In this document: positions 59,131 through 64,000 of the stretch, piece after piece | Position numbering within the stretch: the stretch's first letter is position 1 | Layout of the letters: each line of letters opens with the position of its first letter | Assembly (NCBI GenBank): GCA_947259735.1 | Contig: CAMYNN010000006.1 | Span: 4,998-68,997 of the forward strand | DNA: 64,000 nucleotides | Source of the DNA: Thermodesulfovibrionia bacterium | Lineage (GTDB): Bacteria > Nitrospirota > Thermodesulfovibrionia > UBA6902 | Reading direction: 5' to 3' | Translations under genes and position numbers: made by a program | The notes under the pieces: model-generated | Told to the model about the DNA's origin: nothing | The model's input: only the letters and a program-made list of their open reading frames with translations | Database searches by the model: none

Positions 59131-60360
59131 TTAAAGCCTGAATATTTCCGGCTTGATCCATAAAATCAGTATTGTTCCAATGAGACAGAAACTCGAGCTT
59201 GTCAGAAGAGCATTCTGAGTTCCAATATAGTGTGCCAGCGTCCCGACAGTGAAATTCCCGAGTGGCGCCATGCCGAGAAACATTGTGGTGAAAAACCCCA
59301 TGACTCTTCCCCTCAGTTCATCAGGGACGGAAAGTTGAATTAAATTATTTGCAGTGACAATCTGATTTAACGCCCCCACTCCTGCGAGAAAGAGCATCCC
59401 GTAGGAGAGCCATACGATTTTTGAAATTGAAAACGCCAGGAGGGCCGTTGAAAATACCAGTCCTCCCCATGCCATTACAATCCCCTTTCTCGATACATTG
59501 CCTTTGAGCGCAAGCCCTACAGCTCCTGTAAATGCACCGGCCCCCGCGCACCCCATTAATATGCCGAGGCCAGTGGCCCCTGTTTTCAGAATATCACGGG
59601 CATAGACGGGAAGAAATGATATATAGGGAAAGCCAAAAAAACTCATGATGCCGACCAGTATGAGGAGGGTAGAGACGGTAGGGTCTGCCCTGACATAGCG
59701 GATACCCTCTCTGAATGATTTCCTGATTCCTGATTTTGGCGATGAATCTTCAATGTTCTTTATGCGCATTCTGAGAAGTGCCGCAATTATGGCGACAAAG
59801 CTCAAAGTGTTTAAGAAGAAGCAGGTCGCCAGCCCGACGGAGCCCATGAGAAATCCTGCAATTGCCGGCCCGAGCATCCGTGCGCTATGAAATACGATAG
59901 AATTGAGAGCAATGCCGTTGAGCAGGTCTTCTTTTCCGACCAGTTCAATGATAAAAGACTGCCGGGTCGGTATTTCTATGGCATGCACCGTTCCGATACA
60001 GAATGCGAGAATAAGCACATGCCAGACAGTGACGACTCCTGTTGCCACCAAAAGGGCGAGTATCAGGGCGAGAAACATTAAGATAATATGGGCATTCAGA
60101 ATAATTTTTCTTTTGGGAAACCTGTCAGCCATAACTCCACCGGCCATGGTGAACATGAGAATGGGCGCTGATGCTGCCGTGCCGGCAAGGCCAAGGAAAA
60201 AGGGCGATCCCGTCAGTTCGTACACGAGCCAGCCCTGGGCGGCCTGATGCATCCAGGTCCCGGTCAGTGATATGAGCTGGCCGAACCAGAATAACCTGAA
60301 ATTCCTGTGCCTGAGAGCTGTAAAGGGCTTATATAAATTCATAGATAGTAATGATACCAT
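59131..60360 (-). CDS. MFS transporter
   Basis: 12-TM MFS topology with the conserved loop 2-3 motif. Confidence 0.8.
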   Translation of the reverse strand: MVSLLSMNLYKPFTALRHRNFRLFWFGQLISLTGTWMHQAAQGWLVYELTGSPFFLGLAGTAASAPILMFTMAGGVMADRFPKRKIILNAHIILMFLALILALLVATGVVTVWHVLILAFCIGTVHAIEIPTRQSFIIELVGKEDLLNGIALNSIVFHSARMLGPAIAGFLMGSVGLATCFFLNTLSFVAIIAALLRMRIKNIEDSSPKSGIRKSFREGIRYVRADPTVSTLLILVGIMSFFGFPYISFLPVYARDILKTGATGLGILMGCAGAGAFTGAVGLALKGNVSRKGIVMAWGGLVFSTALLAFSISKIVWLSYGMLFLAGVGALNQIVTANNLIQLSVPDELRGRVMGFFTTMFLGMAPLGNFTVGTLAHYIGTQNALLTSSSFCLIGTILILWIKPEIFRL

Positions 60361-60433
60361 ACTCCCGGAGGGTTCAATGATTCGAAGATTCTCAGGGAAC
60401 GAGCGTGAACAACAAGTCTTTTATTCATACTAA

Positions 60434-61405
60434 ATGAGTCCCGGGGGACGTGGTCCTTTGAATCCTTTGTGTTTTTATTGTGGTATAATTCTATCCGTGA
60501 CAGCGATCAGGAATGTAATCATTGCAGCAGTCATCTGCCTGGGAATGGGTCTTCAGGCCTGCCAGAATCCTGCCCCGCGCACTGATAAGAAACTCAGAGT
60601 CCTTACCACCATTGCTCCTCTGTACAGCTTTACGAAGAATGTAGCGGGAGACACGGCGCATGTTGAAAACCTTCTCCCATCCGGTGCCGGGCCCCATGAG
60701 TATTCATTCAGTCCCGCCGATGTCAGAAAAGCAGCGAAAGCCGATCTTCTCGTTAAGAATGGAGTAAACCTTGAGTCATGGATGCAGAAACTGACAACCG
60801 CTGCTGAAGAGGTGAGAGCATCTTCAGGTTTGGAAAAGGGAGATCTCTATATTGTTGATACCAGTGAAGGAGTGGAGATTCTTGGCATGGATCCCCATAT
60901 ATGGCTGTCCCCAAAGAATGCAGTTCTGCAGGTAAACAATATTAAAGATGCCCTCATAATGGTTGATCCTGATAACAGTGAACTCTATAGACGGAATGCC
61001 GAAGGATACATTCAGCGGCTCAATAAGCTTGATAGAGAAATAAGAGATGAAATCAGCAGCTGGAAAATGAGGCAGTTTATCTCATTTCATTCTGCATTTC
61101 AATATTTTGCCGGAGACTACGGACTTGAGCAGGTTGCGGTCATTCAGCAGACTCCCGAAACAGAGCCATCTCCCCGTCACATTGCCCATGTAATAGAAAC
61201 AGTCAGGTCAAAGGGGATACCTTCAATATTTACTGAGCCGGGCACTTCTCATAAGATCGTGACCTCACTTGCGGAGGACTTGAAATTAAAGGTGTACAGC
61301 CTTGATACCCTGGAGACGGGCCTGCTTTCCGGTGAGTGGTATGAAGAGAAGATGAGAGAAAACATGGCAGTCTTGAAAAGGGCATTAAACCGAGGTGCTG
61401 AATGA
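60434..61405 (+). CDS. znuA: Zn/Mn ABC transporter substrate-binding protein
   Basis: Cluster A-I SBP fold with His/Asp metal ligands. Signal peptide. Confidence 0.75.
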   Translation: MSPGGRGPLNPLCFYCGIILSVTAIRNVIIAAVICLGMGLQACQNPAPRTDKKLRVLTTIAPLYSFTKNVAGDTAHVENLLPSGAGPHEYSFSPADVRKAAKADLLVKNGVNLESWMQKLTTAAEEVRASSGLEKGDLYIVDTSEGVEILGMDPHIWLSPKNAVLQVNNIKDALIMVDPDNSELYRRNAEGYIQRLNKLDREIRDEISSWKMRQFISFHSAFQYFAGDYGLEQVAVIQQTPETEPSPRHIAHVIETVRSKGIPSIFTEPGTSHKIVTSLAEDLKLKVYSLDTLETGLLSGEWYEEKMRENMAVLKRALNRGAE

Positions 61406-62154
61406 TTGCGCTGAGTGTTGAGAATCTTTGTGTAACCGCTGATAATCGCCATCTTTTGGAAAACATTACATTTACCATAGAAGAGGGCAGGATCGTAGCG
61501 ATTATCGGGCCTAACGGTGCAGGGAAAACTACGTTAATAAAGGCCATCCTCGGACTTGTCCCATATGAAACAGGGGCAGTCTCAATGTTCGGGCAGCCAT
61601 TCAAACATTCCAATTCTCATGTGAAAGTCGGGTACGTACCTCAGAGGCTTGAGTTTGACAGGACATTCCCGCTTACGGTGTCGGAGCTGCTGCGATTTAC
61701 CGTACCGCCTGTATATTCATTTCCCTTCTATAAAGGAAAAGAAGAAGTGAAACATATTGACAGGCTGCTCAAGACTGTGGGAGCGCTGGATTTAAAGGAC
61801 AGGACCGTTGGCAGCCTGTCCGGCGGGGAGCTCCAGAGAATTATGATTGCCAAGGCAATTGTGAATGAACCGAAGATCCTCTTTCTTGACGAGCCGGCCT
61901 CGGGCGTGGACATTGAGGGACAGGAACGGTTTCATGATCTGGTCAGACGCCTGAACAGGGAAAAGGGCCTGACAGTGCTGCTCATCTCCCATGATCTGAA
62001 TGTGGTGTACCGGTTTGCTGATGATGTCCTCTGCCTGAACCGGAGACTGGTGTGCAGCGGGAGGCCCGAGGAGGCACTGACCGATGATGTCATAAAGAGT
62101 GTGTACGGGGAGATGATGGGGGCATATATCCATAGTTGTCATGACCATGATTAG
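61402..62154 (+). CDS. znuC: Zn/Mn ABC transporter ATP-binding protein
   Basis: Walker A GPNGAGKTT, LSGGE signature. Confidence 0.85.
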   Translation: MIALSVENLCVTADNRHLLENITFTIEEGRIVAIIGPNGAGKTTLIKAILGLVPYETGAVSMFGQPFKHSNSHVKVGYVPQRLEFDRTFPLTVSELLRFTVPPVYSFPFYKGKEEVKHIDRLLKTVGALDLKDRTVGSLSGGELQRIMIAKAIVNEPKILFLDEPASGVDIEGQERFHDLVRRLNREKGLTVLLISHDLNVVYRFADDVLCLNRRLVCSGRPEEALTDDVIKSVYGEMMGAYIHSCHDHD

Positions 62155-62953
62155 CGAATTTTTATCCTATCCCTTTATGCAGAGAGCATTGCTGGCTTCA
62201 GTGATGGTGGGCGTTTTATGTCCTTTTGTCGGTAATTTTGTGGTACTGCGAAGGATGTCCTTTTTTTCTGATGCCATATCCCATTCAGCCTTTGCAGGTA
62301 TTGCTGTCGGTGCGCTGCTCGGAGTCGATCTTTCAATTTCATCTTTAGCGGTAGCCCTTATCATCGCACTGGTGATTGCATTTCTCTCTGAGAAGACAAC
62401 ATTGTCGCATGACACAGTCATTGGTGTCGCTTTTTCCGGTGCTATTGCGGTGGGGATGCTTATTATGGGCATGCTGAAAGGATACAGGGCAGATCTGTTT
62501 ACTTTTCTCTTTGGCGACATCCTTGCAATAACCAACAGTGACCTTTTGATGATTCTTTCTGTTTCCATTCTGACCATTGTGACATTCCTGGCATTATTGA
62601 AACCCTTTCTCCAGATAACCTTCAACAGGGACCTTGCGCAGGTAGAGGGGATTCATGTCCGTTTCTTTGAATACCTGCTTTTTATAATGATTGCAATTGT
62701 AATCACTGTGAGCCTGAAAATTATCGGCATTATTCTCGTTACATCCCTCATGATAGTCCCTGCTGCATCTGCCAAGAACCTTGCGTCCAGCATGCTGCGG
62801 CTGTTTGTTTTATCAAGCCTTTTTGGTGTAGTGTCGGGGATCGCCGGCCTTTTCGTCTCCATTTATCTTGATACATCATCAGGCCCTACCATTGTTCTTG
62901 TGAGTGTAGGGATATTTTTTCTGACTATGCTGAAGCGGACAGGAACGAAATGA
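62141..62953 (+). CDS. znuB: Zn/Mn ABC transporter permease
   Basis: ABC-3 family permease, 8 TM. Confidence 0.8.
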   Translation: MTMISEFLSYPFMQRALLASVMVGVLCPFVGNFVVLRRMSFFSDAISHSAFAGIAVGALLGVDLSISSLAVALIIALVIAFLSEKTTLSHDTVIGVAFSGAIAVGMLIMGMLKGYRADLFTFLFGDILAITNSDLLMILSVSILTIVTFLALLKPFLQITFNRDLAQVEGIHVRFFEYLLFIMIAIVITVSLKIIGIILVTSLMIVPAASAKNLASSMLRLFVLSSLFGVVSGIAGLFVSIYLDTSSGPTIVLVSVGIFFLTMLKRTGTK

Positions 62954-62979
62954 AAATATCGTTGAAGGAGGAGAAATTC

Positions 62980-64000
62980 TGTGAAATATATGATTATTGG
63001 CAGCGGTGTTGCCGGGACAACAGCAGCAGTGAATATCAGGAAGCTTGACGACAGCGGTGAAATAACTGTTCTCTCAGATGAAAAGATCCCTTTTTACAGC
63101 CGTATCCGGTTAATTGAATATCTTGCGAAAGAGGCGGACAGGGAAGACATCATTATACACAGGAATGACTGGTATGAAAAAAACAATATACAGCTCCTGC
63201 TGGATACCAGCGTTGCCGGGATAGAATCTGATAGGCGTCAGATTATTACGTCCTCTGGTGCCAGACTTGAGTATGACAGACTTCTTGTTGCATCAGGCGG
63301 CGTTTCTTTTGTCCCGCCTATTCCGGGGAGTGAAAAAGAGGGAGTATTTACGTTACGGACAGTCCTGGATGCTGATGAAATAATCTCATATGCTGAAGGA
63401 AAGAAGAAGGTGATCCTTATTGGCGGCGGTGTGCTCGGCCTCGAGGCAGGCAACAGCCTGAGGAAAACCGGTCATGAAGTGACAGTTGTTGAATTCTTCC
63501 CCCGTCTCCTCCCGAGACAGATGGACCCCGCAGGTGCGGAAATATTAAAGACTCAGATGGAGAGCATGGGATTTGCTTTTTACCTTGGGGCCGCAACAAA
63601 GGAAATCCCTGGAGATGACAGGGCATCGGGAATAGTGCTCGAAGACGGAACGAACATTGAAGGTGATGTCATCATTATTTCAGCCGGGGTAAGGCCTCGG
63701 GCAGGGCTGGCCAAAAATGTCGGACTTACCATAAATAAAGGTGTTGCTGTGAACGACAGGATGGAGTCGGAAATAAAAGACATTTATGCTGCAGGTGATT
63801 TAATAGAGCACCGGGACCGGTTTTACGGTATATGGCCTGCCGCGGCGGAGCAGGGCAGGGTGGCCGGGATCAACATGGCGGGCGGTGATGCCCTGTACGA
63901 AGGGACCACAATGTCGAATGTTCTCAAAGTTGTCGGCATTGACCTTGCTGCTGCGGGGGACATAGATGCTGACGGGAAGTGCGATACTATTGTGTATAAA
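62980..64000 (+). CDS. FAD-dependent pyridine nucleotide-disulfide oxidoreductase (rubredoxin-reductase/NADH-oxidase type), 3' partial
   Basis: GTG start after an AAGGAGGAG RBS. Two Rossmann GxGxxG motifs (IIGSGVAGTTAA, LIGGGVLGLEAG). Runs off the window end. Confidence 0.7.

Overview
This 64 kb window looks like chromosomal DNA from an anaerobic bacterium with a deltaproteobacteria-like gene set. It is gene-dense (about 60 CDS) and I found no rRNA, tRNA or CRISPR. Because recA-pilT-recX and alaS lie in one neighbourhood and a PEP-CTERM protein is present, I suspect a deltaproteobacterium, but I did not pin down the taxon.

Reading from the start of the window:
- **1-5.2 kb:** a minus-strand quaternary-amine:THF methyl-transfer operon. 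It has two tandem non-pyrrolysine MttB-family methyltransferases, a B12 corrinoid protein, an MtgA/MtrH-like methyl-THF methyltransferase and a DUF1638 gene. Unusual repeat-rich palindromic intergenic regions sit inside it.
- **5.2-8.1 kb:** an AT-rich islet carrying an IS3-family transposase C-terminal remnant, a hypothetical gene, and a Rho ATPase-domain homolog. The Rho homolog lacks the whole N-terminal RNA-binding domain and carries an Arg-rich tail instead.
- **8-15.6 kb:** housekeeping genes, including ABC-F, RNase HI, RsgA, infC with an ATA start, and a disrupted DsbA-like gene.
- **15.7-23.4 kb:** NfnAB, transcribed divergently from a NuoE/NuoF/FdhA-type formate dehydrogenase operon. 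Its catalytic subunit is a selenoprotein. The ORF track splits it at an in-frame TGA that is followed by a SECIS-like hairpin.
- **24.3-33 kb (the most unusual locus):**
  - a GAF/sigma-54 activator, transcribed divergently from an 804-aa fusion protein;
  - the fusion has an N-terminal PqqD-like RRE, a radical SAM/SPASM core and a C-terminal ArsM-like SAM methyltransferase;
  - a B12-binding radical SAM enzyme and a strong terminator follow it;
  - a secreted M6 (HExxH) metalloprotease with InlB B-repeats comes next.
  - I read this as a candidate, apparently undescribed, peptide- or metalloid-modifying cluster.
- **33-64 kb:** S2P/M50 protease, DUF2062, thiL, Lon with a histone H1-like Lys-rich tandem-repeat tail, galU, osmC, pgpA, thpR, recA-pilT-recX, a PEP-CTERM protein, PilZ, cspA, ftsEX-envC, alaS, a phasin-like gene plus ubiB, a HEPN-like/Cys-rich gene pair, an MFS transporter, znuACB and a partial FAD oxidoreductase.
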